The notes beneath the pieces are model-generated. The model ran no database searches. It had not been told where the DNA came from and worked only from the letters and a program-made list of their open reading frames with translations. Of a DNA stretch of 64,000 nt, positions 12,601 through 25,500 are shown piece after piece. Position 1 is the stretch's first letter. Each line of letters starts with the position of its first letter. The DNA comes from Heteronotia binoei (Eukaryota): the NCBI RefSeq assembly GCF_032191835.1, contig NC_083239.1:56792001-56856000 (forward strand), in the 5' to 3' direction. Both the position numbers and the translations under genes were made by a program.

Positions 12601-15058
12601 TCCCCCCCCCCCCCCGCCCCAGATAATGATGAGTGCCTGGACGAGGAAGCGGAGCCCTGCGTGGGGGGGCACTGCATCAACACCATCGGCTCCTACTACT
12701 GCTCCTGCGCCCCCCCTCTGGTCCTGGACGCTTCTCAGCACCGCTGCGTGGCCAATGACAGCCAAGGTGGGTGCGGGGGGGGGGTCTACTTCCCTCTCTC
12801 TCCTGCCTTGGCTTTTGTCCAAGGGGGGCCGGGGATGGATGAGAGACTCTGGGTGGGGGGCACCTGTGGTAGTGGGATGTGTGTTCCTTAGGAGCATAGA
12901 CTGCAGCTCTCCCCCCCTCCCCATGTCTGCCGCCTTCTGGTGGCCGATCTGCAGGACGGATCCAGATCCAGCTGTTAACCCCCCTGTCTCTGCCTGCCAG
13001 TGGGCACCCCCCCCATAGCAATAATTATTGCATGACATTGTATGTAGAAGAGCCAGGAGACCCGAAGATTGTCCGGCTGCCACAAGTTCTGGATCTTTTT
13101 AGCATTATGCTAGTGGTAACCTAGATTTGGAGGGGAGGCTGGGGGGGACTGAGTGAGAGAACTGGAACTGGCCAGGTCACCCAGCAGGCGTCTTGTGGAG
13201 GAGGGAGAGGAGGGGGGAATCGAACCCGGGTTTCCGGATCAGAGTCTGCTGCTCTGAGCTGGACACCAGACTGGCTCTCTCCGGTTCCAATGTTCTGAAT
13301 TGAAAAGCCTGCCCTCTTGACCCTTCCATCCCAAGAGGCTCCTTTGTATTGGGGGGGCACCTCTCTCAGGCCTGCTCGCTTGTCCCCCCCCCCGCAGATT
13401 CCAACCTGGCCATGTGCTGGCAGGAGGTGGGGCCAGACCTGGTGTGCAGCCGGCCACGCCTGGACCGCCGGGTGACCTACACGGAGTGCTGCTGCCTCTA
13501 CGGAGAGGCCTGGAGCTTGGATTGTGCCCTCTGCCCCGCCCGCGACTCAGGTGAGCCTGGAGGGTTGGGAGGAGAAGGCAGCGAGGCCTCCTGTGTGGAG
13601 CTCATCGCAAGCTGGGGTGGGGGGCCAAGGGCCTGTGCTCCCCCTGCTGGCTGGTAAGGCTTCCGGTCAAACATTGGGGGGGGCTCATCTATGCCTGGGG
13701 GGGGCAGATGCCGTTTCTTCCAGGCTTTGAAGCCCCCGCCCTGCCCTCTGGATCCCCCTCCCAGTTCTCTGCAAAGGACGGCACCGAGGGGGGGGAGCCC
13801 TCCTTTGTCTGTCCCGCGCAGGCTGGCGGAGGGATCATGTGGCCTCTGGGGTCCAGCTCCGATCCCCGGGCTCGGGGGTCCTGCCTCAGAAGGCCCAGTG
13901 TGCTGCAGAACACCTGTTGTGCTTGGGGGGGCGGGGAGAGGTGCTGCGGAGGCTTCCTCCCAGTCCCTCCTGCTGTCTTTCCCTCCCCAGAGGACTTTGA
14001 GGCCTTGTGCAACGTCCTTCGCCCTCCCAGCTACGGGCCTGTGCGTCCCGGGGGCCTGGGGCTGCCCTTTGAGTACGGGGGTGGGGAATTTGTGCCCTAT
14101 GGCCCCGAGATCTTCGCTCCTCCAGCCCGCCCAGCCCCACGGCTCCCTGACTATGACGCATATCCCCGGGAGCTGCTCTACGGCCCATCGCCCTACGAGG
14201 CCAGCGACTTTGAGGACCCTTCCTACGGCGACCTGCGGCAGGACGGCTTGGGGGAGCCCCCCCGTGGAGGATACCCCCCGGAGCCCGAATGGCACTACCC
14301 ACCACGTGGCAGCAGCAGCAGAGTCCCCTTTGAGCGGCCGGGCCGGGCCAGTGAAGACTACCGTGAGTGACTGTGGTGGGCGGGGGGGGGGAGCCAGCTG
14401 GACTCCGGCGTGGCGGAGGAGGAGCCCCCATTCCCCCGTCTGCCCCCTCCAGGCCGTGCTGAGGACTTTGGGGCTGCCCACTCGGAAGAATGTGGCATTC
14501 TGAGCGGCTGCGAGAACGGGCGCTGCGTGCGGGTCGCCGATGGGTTCACCTGCCTCTGCCACGAGGGATACCGCCTGGACCCCACCCGCATGGCCTGCCT
14601 TGGTGAGAGCCGCTCCCTCTGGTCCCACCAGCACGAGGGCGGGCAGGGAAGGCTCACGGACGGTGCAGGGGGGGGGAGGCAGGAAGGCCTTGGAGACAAG
14701 CGGCTGGACAAGGGGGGCTCCCCACCCTCGTCCGGCTGGCCCCTCTGGGGTGCCCCCTGCACTGTCAGCTTGTTTGTCCCGCATACCTGCCTGGCACTTT
14801 GGCCCCAGCATGTCTGGCTGCCCGGCGGGCCTCTCCTTGCCTCCTGGGAGAGCAGGTGGGGTGGGGTGGGGTGGGTGCTGACGGCCTCCCTCCCTCCCCT
14901 CTCTCCCAGATATTGACGAATGCTCCGAAGTGGAGGAGCTCTGCCTGGGAGGTGAATGCTTCAACATGGACGGCCTCTACCGTTGTTTGTGCCCGCGTGG
15001 CACGGTACCCGCTGGGCAGCCTCCCCACTGTGTCCCTGCCCCTCGCAGCCGAGGCTGA
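668..15058 (+). CDS. LTBP4: Latent TGF-beta binding protein 4, 5'-partial, multi-exon
   Basis: Exons: 668-892, 2045-2286, 2662-2767, 3561(or 3582)-3659, 3778-3903, 5946-6110, 6278-6550(?), 6662-6760, 6839-6970, 7254-7379, 7473-7598, 8415-8540, 8759-8884, 8960-9085, 10043-10168, 10266-10388, 10691-10822, 11083-11214, 11295-11420, 11522-11668, 11799(or 11772)-12023, 12209-12259, 12386-12514, 12623-12766, 13398-13550, 13991-14362, 14453-14602, 14910-15058 (TGA). Domains are EGF, hybrid, 8-Cys TB and cbEGF (D[IV]DEC). LTBP4-like peptides include [65 protein letters not shown] and [15 protein letters not shown]3 keeps the CHIQQC insertion typical of TGF-beta-binding TB domains. Confidence 0.97.
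1155..1630 (-). mobile_element. Two adjacent copies of a tRNA-derived SINE with an L2/MIR-type 3' tail (1155-1356 truncated, 1357-1630 near full length)
   Basis: Minus-strand head GAGAGCCAGT..GTGTAGTGGT(T/G)AAGTG..GGAGAACC.GG.TTGATTCCCC with A/B-box-like motifs. The same family recurs at 9246, 13140, 18983, 37735 and 43705. Confidence 0.85.
1802..1998 (+). mobile_element. tRNA-derived SINE (Squam3-like)
   Basis: GGGAGGGATGGTGGCTCAGTGATAGAGCATCTGCTTGG..AGGTTCAATCCC head and GGCAGCTTCAGATG tail. A second copy lies at 50308-50522. Confidence 0.8.
4682..5251 (+). mobile_element. 5'-truncated CR1 LINE 3' end with a duplicated terminal segment
   Basis: Encodes the CR1 ORF2 C-terminus ([51 protein letters not shown]). 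The CCCTTCCAACTCTAGGATTCT(G/A)TG tail occurs twice, at about 5060 and 5230. Confidence 0.9.
9246..9454 (-). mobile_element. tRNA-derived SINE copy in an LTBP4 intron
   Basis: Same family as 1357-1630 (CCCACAACAGAC..GTGAGG..GGGGCTGAGAG..GGTTCTCCCAGA..CACTTCACCACT). Confidence 0.75.
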
Positions 15059-16124
15059 GCTGGGGAGACAGCCCAGTATTTATTGCCTGTACAGATGGGG
15101 AGGGGAGGGAGAAGCACTGCACAGCCTGGTCCTCCCCCCGCCTTCTGTATCTCCTTGGAGGAGGCAGGGAAGAGTGCCTCAGAGGCCCCCAGGGGCTAAG
15201 GGGGGGGGCTTCCTCAGAGGAATGAAGTCCCCCAACCACAGAACAGCAGCTGGAGAACTCGGGTGTCAAACGCAACTTGGAGCTGCTCTCTCCCTCCCCC
15301 ATTGGGAATGCCCTGAGGTCTCCTGCGGTCAAAGCCCACCCCCACTCCTGCCTTCTGGAGCTGGCAGGCCCCCCCAGGTGGAGAGGGAGGGAAGGAAGGG
15401 CCCAGGATGCACCAGCTGCCAACCCCTTTCCAGCAAGGCTCCTGGCTGCCCACTGGAGAGCTGATGGGCTGTGGAGGTTTTGCAAGCAGCATCCCCTTGG
15501 CAGGCACGGCCCCCACAGCCCACGAACCTTCCCCAGGGGACTGAAGGCCAGCTGCGGCAGCCATTGTGCCGTGGCCTTCAGCTTCTGTGGCAGCGACCCC
15601 CACACTGTGTCACCAAAGAGGTCGAGGGCTCCAGGAATTGATCTTGAGTGGTGGGTCTGGGAACAAGCTCTGCCACCATGGTCAGCTGCCCAACAAAGAC
15701 GGTGCCCTGCCTGCCCGGGGACATGGGGCAGGGGTGGAGGGGCCAGAAGGAAGGGCTCAGGCGTCCTCAGAGCTTCAGGGAGCACGTGCCTTACGCAGCA
15801 ACCCCCAACGCAGGTCTGATGCTGAGGTGGGCAGGTGACCTCTCTGGGAGGGAATTGACATTTACTGGCTGGGGGGGGGGGGGGGAAGCAAGACTGGCTT
15901 GGGGAGAGGGGCTAAGCTCTTGGCGTGCACTTGTGCCCCCACTCTCCTTGCCTCTTCTACTCCCTCCCCTCAAGTTCTCCAGCAGGTGGTCTGGTCATTT
16001 CAAGGCAGTATCTCCCCCTCCCCTCCCCCCCGCAGCCTCCTCCATGTCTGCCAGGCTCTCTCCAGCCACACCCAGCTGATCCCAATCTCCCTCCCCCCAA
16101 AAAATTCACCGCTGTTACTGGAAC

Positions 16125-16130
16125 AATAAA
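16125..16130 (+). terminator. LTBP4 polyadenylation signal AATAAA
   Basis: AATAAA about 1.07 kb after the stop codon, followed by a GU-rich element (GGTTTTCTGT). Confidence 0.75.
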
Positions 16131-16580
16131 GGTTTTCTGTTAAAGACTGGTGTTGGCCTCAATTGGGAAATGGGCGGGGGATTGTTGTCCCCATATTTAG
16201 CAGGTTCCCCAGTAGAGCTAAGCAGATGTAGCCAGCGGTGGGTGGGGGCAGTCCAGAAAACTGCTTGTTTAGGGGGCAGCTCCACCCCCCCATGTTAAGG
16301 GGCTGCCAGGTCTTTGAAACTCATGAATATTTGGAAACCCAAGAAACAGAGAATTTGGCCGGCATTCTCTTCCCTGCCACCTGCAAAGTCCAGTCCCCTA
16401 CCGCAAAGGTGTCCAGTCATTCTGCATTACATTAAAGTGTGTGTCAGAAGCCCCAAACAAATGCTTTCCAGGGCAGAGAGTCCATTCGCCCTTCCCGTCT
16501 CTCTTCAGTCCTGTCCCTTGGAAGGTGACTGTGCTTTGTGCTCACCTGGGCCCCGATATTCATCTCTCGAAAAGTTTGTC

Positions 16581-16601
16581 TTTATTGGCAATGACTTTAT
16601 T
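16581..16601 (-). terminator. KCNK6 polyadenylation signals (two AATAAA)
   Basis: TTTATT at 16581-16586 and 16596-16601 on the + strand, about 500 nt past the KCNK6 stop. KCNK6 and LTBP4 are tail-to-tail. Confidence 0.65.
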
Positions 16602-17099
16602 AAAAAATAAAAACCACATTTGTAATCAAATTGATCAGGTTGTGTACAAAACCCATAGAAGACGTGTGTGTGTGTAATCCCCCCCTCCCCCGTGACATTT
16701 CCTCTCTCTAATAAGAAGAGCAGACTGGCCCCAAGGAAGGGGCTTCCTGCCAGATCGGCCAGCGCCAAGCGGAGGGTGCAAAGATGGCAGAAGAAGAGAA
16801 AATGGGACTGTGGCTCCCCTCCCCTGAAGGGACAGGCTGAGCCACGGCCGGATCTTGCCCATCAAGGGCCACAGAGGGCCAGACTCCACTGCCGAGTAGA
16901 GCAGCTGCCTTTAAGCACTAACCCCACACCTGTGCAGGTAAATCTGAACAGCCGCAGAGAGCATCATGCCCCGTTCAAGCCAGAGTATCTGTTTTGCCTC
17001 TGCTGCCGGCCTTGGGAGAGAGGCCCTGCGAAGGGAGGAAGCGAGAAGCTGCCCTTCCAGCAGGTGCCACGCCTGCCAAGGACCGTGGCGCTTCGGCCG

Positions 17100-20000
17100 C
17101 TATCTGCTGATGGAGGCATAGTTTGGCTGCCCCCCAGGGCCGAGCGGGGGCTGGACGGGGGTGGCCTCGGCTGGCGGCTCCCTCGAGGGAGGCCCGTGGC
17201 CCTCCAGGATGCGCTGGTGGCCTTCTTCTTCTTCTTCGTGGGGCGGGTCCTGGGGCAGGAGGACCAGGTCGGAGAGGCCGTGCAGCTCGGCGGCCTTGTG
17301 GAAGGTCTGCAGCAGCAAGAGCATGGCCACCAGGCCCAGCAGCAGGTACACTGGCAGGGGGAGAGACGAGGAGGCGGCAGGTGGAGGAGGTGCATCCCCA
17401 GGAGCTGGGCTCCTGTGCTGCTGCCCCAGCATCCCTTGCCCGACCCCCTGCCAGGGGGAAAGCAGGAAGCCAGCTCCGGCCACACCCCCTAGCAGCCTCT
17501 CTGCTGCCCTCTAGCCACGGCTGGGGGCATTGCATCTAGCCTCCCCGGCTGCATCTTGGCTTCATCCGTCCCCCTGCCCAGCCAAGGTTACTGCCAAGTT
17601 CCCACGGCAGAGTCAGGAACAGAAGGAACAAGCAGGTTTCCTCGGACACAAGGGGTGCCAACCCCAGCTGGGGCAATTCCTGGGCCTTTGAGCGTGAAGC
17701 CTGGGGCTGGCAGAGTTGGGCAAGGGGGTGGAGCGCGGGGGGAGGGGGGGACCACCCACCCAAGCAGCCCCTTTCCCAGCACAGCTGACCTTTGTCACCT
17801 GTGGAGCAGGTGTAATGGCCGGAGGTCTCCCCCCTGGGACTGGCACCCCTCTAGGACTGCAGAGATGGACATCAGGGGACCACAGCCTCTGCCCCCCGTC
17901 CGGTGGCAATTTAATGGGCCGGCCCTGCATGCGGCCTCTGCTGCCCCGCCCCCCGCCCCCCGAACGTACAGGGGTGCTCACCTGTGACTGAGATCTTGTA
18001 GAGGGGGCGGAAGGGCTGCCCCGGCTGCTCTCCCGGGACATAGTCCCCCAGGCCAATGGTGCAAAGGGAGATGAAGCAGAAATAGAAGGCGTCCAGGTAG
18101 CTCCAGGACTCCTCCAGAGTGCTGAAGATGGCCGCGGGCACCAGGAAGAAGGCCACCAGCACCACGGCCGCCAGGACCAGCAGATGCCCGCAGGAGAGGA
18201 TGCGGCGGGTGTAGCCCCACTTCAGGGCCAGGGACTCGAGCGGGCCGGAGGTCAGAGCACTGACGAGGCGCTGCACGGTGGCCGTCAGCAGCAGCATGGT
18301 GAAGGGCACCCCCAGCAGGGCGTAGAAGATGCAGAAGGCCTTGCCGGCATCGGAGAGGGGCGTGGTGTAGCCGTAGCCTTGGCCGAGGAGAGGGGAGGGG
18401 AGGGGAGAAAGGGGCCATCAGCAGGAGCAGAGCCACCGGGAAGGGGGGAGGCTGGCAGAAGCAGAGCAGCCTGGCGTTGGGGTGGGGGGCCCTGCTCCTT
18501 CTCCACCCCCCACCCCCACTCTCTTCCTGGACAACACCCCCCCCCCCACTGGGCACCGCAGAAGTGGGCTCTGGAAGCCGAAGATGTTAGCCTCTGGGAT
18601 GGAAGTCAAAGACCCAGCAGGCCATGGGCTCTTCTGCTTTGCCTCGCCCCCTCCCCCTGGACAGGAGCAGCACTCCAACTCTGCTTTCTTCGAGGAGTCC
18701 TCTCCTATCCCCCTCCAGGAACCAGAACAGCCAGAAACAGAGGAAACCTGCAACCCCCCAGCTCCTGCCAACCACTGCCCCCCCAGCCACCTCAAACTAC
18801 ATCTCCCAGGCACTTGGGGGGGGGGGAGAGGACCCCCAAGTCAGCTGCCCTCAAGTCCGGAACCCAAGGTGGCCAAAGCCTGGGAGACCCTATTGGAGGA
18901 AAGAGCCTGAGGGACATAAAGAAAAACAGGGGTGGGGGGTTTCTAACACAAAGCAGGCAGAGGCAAGAGAAGAGGAGAAGAGACTGGATTTATACCTTTG
19001 CTAGCCAAAGGCGTCTCAGAGTGGCTTCCAATCTCCTTTCCCTTCCCCTCCCCACAAGAGACAACCTGTGAGGCAGGTGGGGCTGAGAGAGCCCTCACAG
19101 AAACTGCTCTTGAGCAGAACAGCCTTGAGAGAGCTTGAGGCTGACCCAAGGTCACACCAGCAGGTGTATGCGGAGGAGGAGTGGGGAATCAATCCCGGTT
19201 CTCCCAGGTAAGAGTCTGCGCACTTCACCACTGTCCCCAACTGGCTCTCAAGAGAGACCTCCTTCTCGGGCTCCCATCACACCAGCACTCTGAGAAGGGA
19301 CAAATGGAGCCCTTCACTATACAACAAACAAGCAAACTGTGGCATTTGTGGCTGGTGGAAGCCGCAATGGCTTTAAAAGGGGGCCAGGCCGATTCACGGA
19401 GGCGAGAGAGGCCCATCTGTGGCTACCAGCTGCCCCCCCTCTGAGGCAGTCCCCCTTGGGGTCCCAGAGCCAGGGGGCAGGAGCAGGGAAGGCCTCGCCC
19501 TCTGTGCCCTGCGGGTGACCCTCACCCAGTGGCAGCAGGGGGGTCATGTGTTAATCCGGCCCAAGCCGTTCCGGGCAGTGGCTTGGGTGAGCGGATTAAG
19601 GCTCCTTTCCAACAACGGGAGCCCCAGTCTGGGGTGGGGTGGGGAGGGGGGCGTGCCAGACAGAGGAGGCCCCAGGCAGCACGCAGGCCAGCTGACCCAC
19701 AGGCGGGGGCTGAATGGGAGCCTTTGTGCCCAGCGGCAGAGGGGAGGGGGAGGCAGCGCCCCTTCCAAGCAGCAGAGGGGACCCACTGATCTTCTACCGG
19801 GGCACGTTCCCTCGGCCACCGGGCAGCCTGGGTGAAGCAGAGACCTGCCAGGAGACTGGCTTGCTCCTTGGCACAGCCGGTGCAGGTGAGGTGGAGACAG
19901 AGGTGGTTTGGCCCACCGGCCCCCAAGGAGAACGCCAAAAGCAGTGGGGATTGCTGCTGGCCAGGGCCCGTTGTTCAGGGGTACAGCTCCAGGCAGAGAC

Positions 20001-21295
20001 CTCTAAGCGGGCTGCTCCCTCCCGGCCACGAAGGCCGAACTCTCCCCACCTTCCTTCAGGCTGCCAGCCGGGCCCTGCCAGCACAGCCCCCCCCCCCCGC
20101 TAAGCCCCAAGGGTGGCAGCAGCAGCAAGGGCCAGCTGGGCTCGGCCAGAGAGGGGTTGCTGGCCCCGGGTGCGGAGGAGAAGATGTGGTCCCTGCCCTG
20201 GAACTGCCGGACGTGGCCCAGCCTCTCCCCAGCGGATGAGTTGGCTCTGCTGGGTGTCACAAGATGAACCGACGTGGCCCTGGCATGGTGCCCGCCCAGG
20301 AAAGAAACAGGGCACAGGGCAAGGGGTGTTGCCCAGGAGGAGTGCCGGCTGCGTGCTCTGGACCCTGCCTCTCTTCCCCTGGGGGGGGGGTGCATCCTCC
20401 AGTCTGCTCCTAGCAGCAGGCTCAGCTGAGGGAAGCCCCCCGCCCCATCTCCCACAGGGACTGGCCGAGCTCCCTCCCCCAAGCCCAGCCCCTGAAGGCG
20501 GAAACAGGCGGCCGCTGTCGAGGAAGGAGGAAGCAGGGCACACTCCCCTCCCCAAGGAAGCCAAGGGCCAAGGAAGCGCAGGCAGCCCCTGGAGCCGGGG
20601 CGGGGCGGGGGGGGGGCGGTGTGAAGGCCCCGCACAGCAGCCTGCAGGGCCCGGCCCCGGGGGCTCCTTCCTTCCTTCCTTCCTTCCTCGTTGGGCTGCG
20701 CCGCCCCTGGCGCTCTTTCCTCCGGCGCCTCACTGCGGACTCCGCCTGTTTCGCCCCAGCCGCCCCGGCCCTTCCTCTGCCCGCCAGGCTCGCAGCGCAG
20801 CGCAGCGCAGGACGGTGGAGGCTTGGGGGGCCTCCCGCTTCCTCCTTGCCGTGGGGGGCGGACGGGCCCGAGGGGAGGCGGCTCAAGCGGCGCCCCCAAG
20901 GGAAGCAGAGCGGCCTGGCGTCCCCCCCCTTCCCGCCCCTGCCGGCCCGCGGGGGCTCGCTCACCGACGGTGGTGACGAGGGTGCTGCAGAAGAAGAAGG
21001 CGGAGGCGAAGTCCCAGTTGGACGGGGCGGCGGCGGCGGAGGCGTTGGGGGGCGGCGGGGGCGGCAGGAGGGCGACGCCGTGGCGGTTGGCGCGGAGGAC
21101 GGCGGCGAGGAAGTGCTCGAGGGCGGGCTCGGGCAGGCAGGGGCTGCTGGCCAGGAAGGCGGCCTTGAGATCGCGCAGCTCGGCCCGCAGCTGGCTCTCG
21201 TAGGGCCGCTCGACGGCCGAGATGACCAGCGCGCCCAGCAGCAGGTAGCCCGCGTAGCCCAGCGCGAAGAACGCCAGCAAGGCGCAGCGCCGCAT
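17100..21295 (-). CDS. KCNK6: Two-pore-domain K+ channel TWIK-2
   Basis: Exons 21295-20965, 18377-17982 and 17350-17100, all with GT-AG junctions. Peptides: [23 protein letters not shown], pore 1 [20 protein letters not shown], pore 2 [19 protein letters not shown]-terminus NYASISR. Confidence 0.96.
18983..19250 (-). mobile_element. tRNA-derived SINE copy in KCNK6 intron 1
   Basis: Same family as 1357-1630, from the GGATTTATAC tail to the CTGGCTCTC head. Confidence 0.75.
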
Positions 21296-21560
21296 GGCCC
21301 TCCCGGCAACCCAGCGCCCGCCGCCAGGCCCCGCCCCGCCTCTCTGCCGGCCTCTTTGGCGGCGCCCGTCGGGCGGGGCTGCCGGGGGCGGGGCCTCCAG
21401 GGAGGAAGAGGGCCTCTGGAGAGCCCCCCTAGCCCAGCCTCCACCCCCGTCGCCTCCAGGCGCAGGCAGGAGCGGGTGGCCAAGAAAAAGACCCCGGAGA
21501 GCCGGTTTGGCCAGCGGTCCTGGAGCGGGGTTGTGTCGCCGTCTGGCCACCTTTTGGGCC
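20600..21560. promoter_or_regulatory. CpG island over KCNK6 exon 1 and promoter
   Basis: Dense CpG with GC boxes (GGGGCGGGG, CCCCGCCCC at about 21330-21392) just upstream of the ATG at 21295. Confidence 0.7.
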
Positions 21561-23004
21561 CACTGGGGCTGTGGTAGTTGTGAAGGGCCTGGGTTGCGCT
21601 AGATGACCCTGGAGGGCCCTTCCAGCTCTGGGATCCTCTGAGCAGCCGCTCCTTGAGGGACCCCAGGGGGCTGGTTCAGTGCGGCGGCTTCACGTGCTGG
21701 GGCTCCATGGCAGGGCTGAAGGTCCCCGCTTCAAGCCCCACTGGCAGCTTCTCCGGTGAAAAGAGCCGGGGGGGGGGAGGGGAACCCGGTTCTGCCCCAG
21801 GCCTTGGAGAGAGAGAGCCCGACTGCCAGCCTGGGGGGGTCTGATTCAGCCTCAGGAGCGTTGCCTGTGTGGAATCTCCACAGACCCACGAATGCAGTGG
21901 TGTGGGTCACATGCCCTTTCCCTTTCCAGCCCGTTTCTGCGCCATCCCTATTGAGTGTGGAGGCAGGGCAGGAAGACCAGTGAGGGCAGCACCTTGGGCC
22001 ACTCTAACCCCAGCCCCATAGACACACCTGCAGCGCTGGATGGCCCTTCCCCTCTGTGGGCAGCAGAGGCTGGTCGGGGGCACCTCAGTCAGGTGAGAAG
22101 CCAGCCAGAGTGGCGCCACCAGCCCCAAGGGAGAGCTGAAGCTGACCTACTGGAGACAGAGGACTGGGGAGACACACGGCTGATTCCAGGCAGCCTCTCC
22201 AGGGCCAGAGGAGGGGGAGAGCCCGACTTGCTGGAAGCAGAAATGGAGGCACAAGATCAGCCGTCACCTCGGAGGTGACTGGCCCCACGGCCGGGCCAGA
22301 GAGAAGGGACAAGATAATCCTGGCCAGAGGTTGCCGGGCTGGGCAGGCTCCTCTTTCGCTGGGACAGCAAAAAAGCAAGGATGCCCTGCGCCCCAGCCCA
22401 GTGGCTGGCTGGGTGGGTGGGTTCCACAGTCCACAGTCTGTTGACAAAAAGGCATGAAGGGAGGGCAGCACACAGCACATCACATGCCTGCCCTGGGGCC
22501 CAGCTGGGCCTCTCAACTGGCTTGCAGCAAGACTGGATGGGCACCCCCCACCCCCCCCACACACAGCTAGCCCGGGAATTAGGAGCATCTCTGCCAAGGG
22601 GGGGGGGGAGGCTGGACCACACTGGGACCCCTGCCCCTTAGTGGATCCTGGGCTTGGAGGCTTTCTACTTGCCCCTCCCACAGCAGCTGGTGCTGGGAAA
22701 TGTGCGGTTTCTGGGCAGGGAGGTTCCATTGAGTCATTCTGGCTCAGAGCCCATGATGGAGAGCCCTTCCTTCAAGAAGTGGCCTCTGCCTCTTTTCCAA
22801 AGCTTTGCTTTCCCCAAACTGTGAACACCTGGTGGTCAGAAGTGCTTCCTTCAGCCTGTTTCTGATAGTCCCAAGCACAGAGTTCCCCTTTGCAATAACT
22901 GCTGCCGCAAACGGAAATTGTTTCCTTATTTAAAACATTTATTACCCGCCTTTCTGTCTTGCAGAACTCCTGCCTCCTCACAGTATTCGGAAAAACAGAA
23001 CACT

Positions 23005-23900
23005 TTTTTATTTGATTAATTTTAGGCCGCCCTTCCCTGGCAGCTTACAACAGAAAGGAACATATAATAAATACTGGGAGTTGAAATCCTACAACAAAAA
23101 TACACAATGTATACATCAATAATTCAACCCATTCCAGGGTGATGAGAAAATTTCAAATTTCCGATGTGTGTGTGCGCACGTGTGCAGAGAATGGAGCACA
23201 TGAGAGTACCAGACGACATGCTCTGCTTTTCCTGCCCTGCAGAAACGTAACAAATCTCACAGGGCACAAATGTTCTCTGGCAGAAAGTTCCACCAGGTAG
23301 GGGGCAGGGCCAAAAAAGCCCTGGCTGAGCGCAGCTGGATCTCTCTTGGGCCCAGGTGGTTCTTTCTTCGTGAATGTAACACTCTTCTGGGGGCATACTG
23401 AGAGAGGTGGTCCCAAAGATGTGTGGGTCCCTGACCGCTTAAAGCCTTAAAAGTCAAAACCAACACCTTGAACCTGTTCTGGTGCTCTACCGGAAGTCAC
23501 TGCAGCTCATGCAGTGCAGGTTGAACGTGAGCCATCCCAGAGTCCCTGTCAAGACTCACATGGCTGCATTCTGGATCTGTTGGAGCTTCCAGGTCAGTCT
23601 CGGGTAGGCCCACATCAAGCTAGCTCAGCAGTCTATCCTGGAGGTGGCAGTTGCGTGGGTTACTGTGGCCAGGTCAGAGCGAGACAGGAAGGGAGCCAGT
23701 TGCCTGACCAGGGCAGGAATGTTCAGGTGCCCCAGCCCCAAACCACATCGGGCTTTGAAGATCAAAAACAACACCGTGATTTGGTTTCAGGAGCAGATCA
23801 ATCACCAGTGTATTTGCTGTACTGTCAGGGTCACATGCTCCCAATAGCTGGCCCAGACCAGCAATCTCCCTGCCGCATTCTGCACTACCTACAGCCCCCA
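23005..23900 (-). mobile_element. Decayed L2 LINE ORF2 3' fragment
   Basis: Minus-strand peptides LVLTFKALSGQGPTHLWDHL..RAFLALPPTWWNFLPENI and RQLAPFLSRSDLATVTHA..TSRID are typical of the L2 ORF2 C-terminus, with frameshifts. Confidence 0.7.
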
Positions 23901-24459
23901 AACAGTCTTCAAGGGCAGCCCCAAGTACAACACACTGCAGTAGTCCAGTCCAGGTTAACTAAGGGGCATGGATCACTGTGGCTAGAGCTGACTGGCCCAG
24001 GAACAGACGCAGCCAGAGCTGGGCAAAGGTGCTCCGAGCCACTGCAGCTGCCTGGTTTCCTATGGTGACCACTGTGTCGAGCAGCACTTCCCAGCTGGCT
24101 TTCCAAGGGGAGTGTAGCCGCATCCAAGGCCGGAGAGTGCTCAGGTCCCAGCTCTGCCTTTTGACTAACCCAGAGGACCCCTCTCTTGTCAGGATTGGCT
24201 TTTCTTCATTCCCATTACCTTTTCTTTGCGCTCACCACCACGAGACCTGAAGCTCTCTTTCCTGGTCAGTCACTGCCAGATCAGAACTTATCCCTATTGT
24301 TAATCCAGTTAAGCTTGGCCCTGAAAGGACACAGTTGCAACCTCCGTTTTGGAACACAATGGATTTCAGACCCTGATTCTGTATTGTTTGCCATCAGAAA
24401 CTTTTGCTGTGGCTGCAGCATTAATCTGTCTGAAGTTAGTGTGGAAGTTCAGTTGAGAG

Positions 24460-25500
24460 TCTCTGGGTAAAAATAAAAGGAGTAGGAAATAACAGTGATA
24501 TTACGATGGGGGTCTGCTATCAACCACCAAGCCAGGCAGAGTTGGACGAGGCACTCCTAGAACAGATTACAAAGTTCTCCGAGAGAAGGGACACAGTGGT
24601 CATGAGAGATTTCAATTACCCGGATATCTGTTGGAAGTCCAACTGTGCTAAAAACAAAAGGTCAGATAAATTCCTGACTTATCTTGCTGACTTCATTTGC
24701 CAGAAAGTGGAGAGGGGAACAAGAGGACCTGCTGTCTTGGACTTGATTCTCACCAACGATGACATACTGGTTGATGAGGTAAAAGAAGGGGGTGCCCTGG
24801 GCAGTTGTTACCAGTGTTCCCTCTAAGCTGAGTTCATGGGAGCCAGCTCACAGACTTTTGCCCTCTGGCTCAAACATTTTTGTCTTAGCTCAGGAAAAAC
24901 AGCCCCAAAGCAAACTAATTTATGCAATAGCTCACAACTTTAATGCTGGGAGCTCACAAAGTAGAATTTTTGTTCACAAGACTACATGGCTTAGAGGGAG
25001 CATTAGTAGTGACCATGTAGTTTTGGAATTTACAGACTTGGAGAAGAGAAAAGCTGCATGTAGTCAGATATAGGCAGGACTTCAGAAAGACAAGCTTCGA
25101 CAAACTTAGAACTATGCTGGGTAAAACCCCCTGGTCAGAAATACTTAGGAGGAAGGGGGTTCAAGAGGGATGGGAGCTTCTTAAAAGCCAAATACTGAAA
25201 GCGCAATCCTATGAGAAGAAAAAATGGAAGAAGCCGAGTTGGCTCCATAAACAGCTCTCTAAAGACTTGAGAAATAAAAAAGACTCTTTTAGGAATTGGA
25301 AGGGGCGTTTTATAACCAAGGATGAATATAAACAAATCCCCAGTGCTTGCAGAGAAAAAGCTAGGAAAGCTAAAGCTCAGTGTGAGTTTAAGCTGCCCAA
25401 AGATGCTAAAAGCAGCAAAAAAGGGTTCTTTTCTTACGTTCAGAGTAAGAAAAAGCAGGGCTATGGCAGGCCCATTGCGAGGAAGCGGAATTGTCACAGG
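24460..25500 (+). mobile_element. CR1 LINE endonuclease/tether fragment, interrupted by a hAT MITE
   Basis: GVCYQPPSQ..VVMRDFNYPDICW..TRGPAVLDLILTN..LGS|SDHVVLEF, then KPSWLHKQL..CREKARKAKAQCEFKL..KGFFSYVQSKK. Confidence 0.85.
24812..25005. mobile_element. hAT-type MITE inserted in the CR1 fragment
   Basis: Imperfect TIRs CAGTGTTCCCTCTAAG and CTTAGAGGGAGCATTA, with a degenerate 8-bp TSD (GTTGTTAC / GTAGTGAC). Removing it restores CR1 GS-SDH. Confidence 0.75.
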
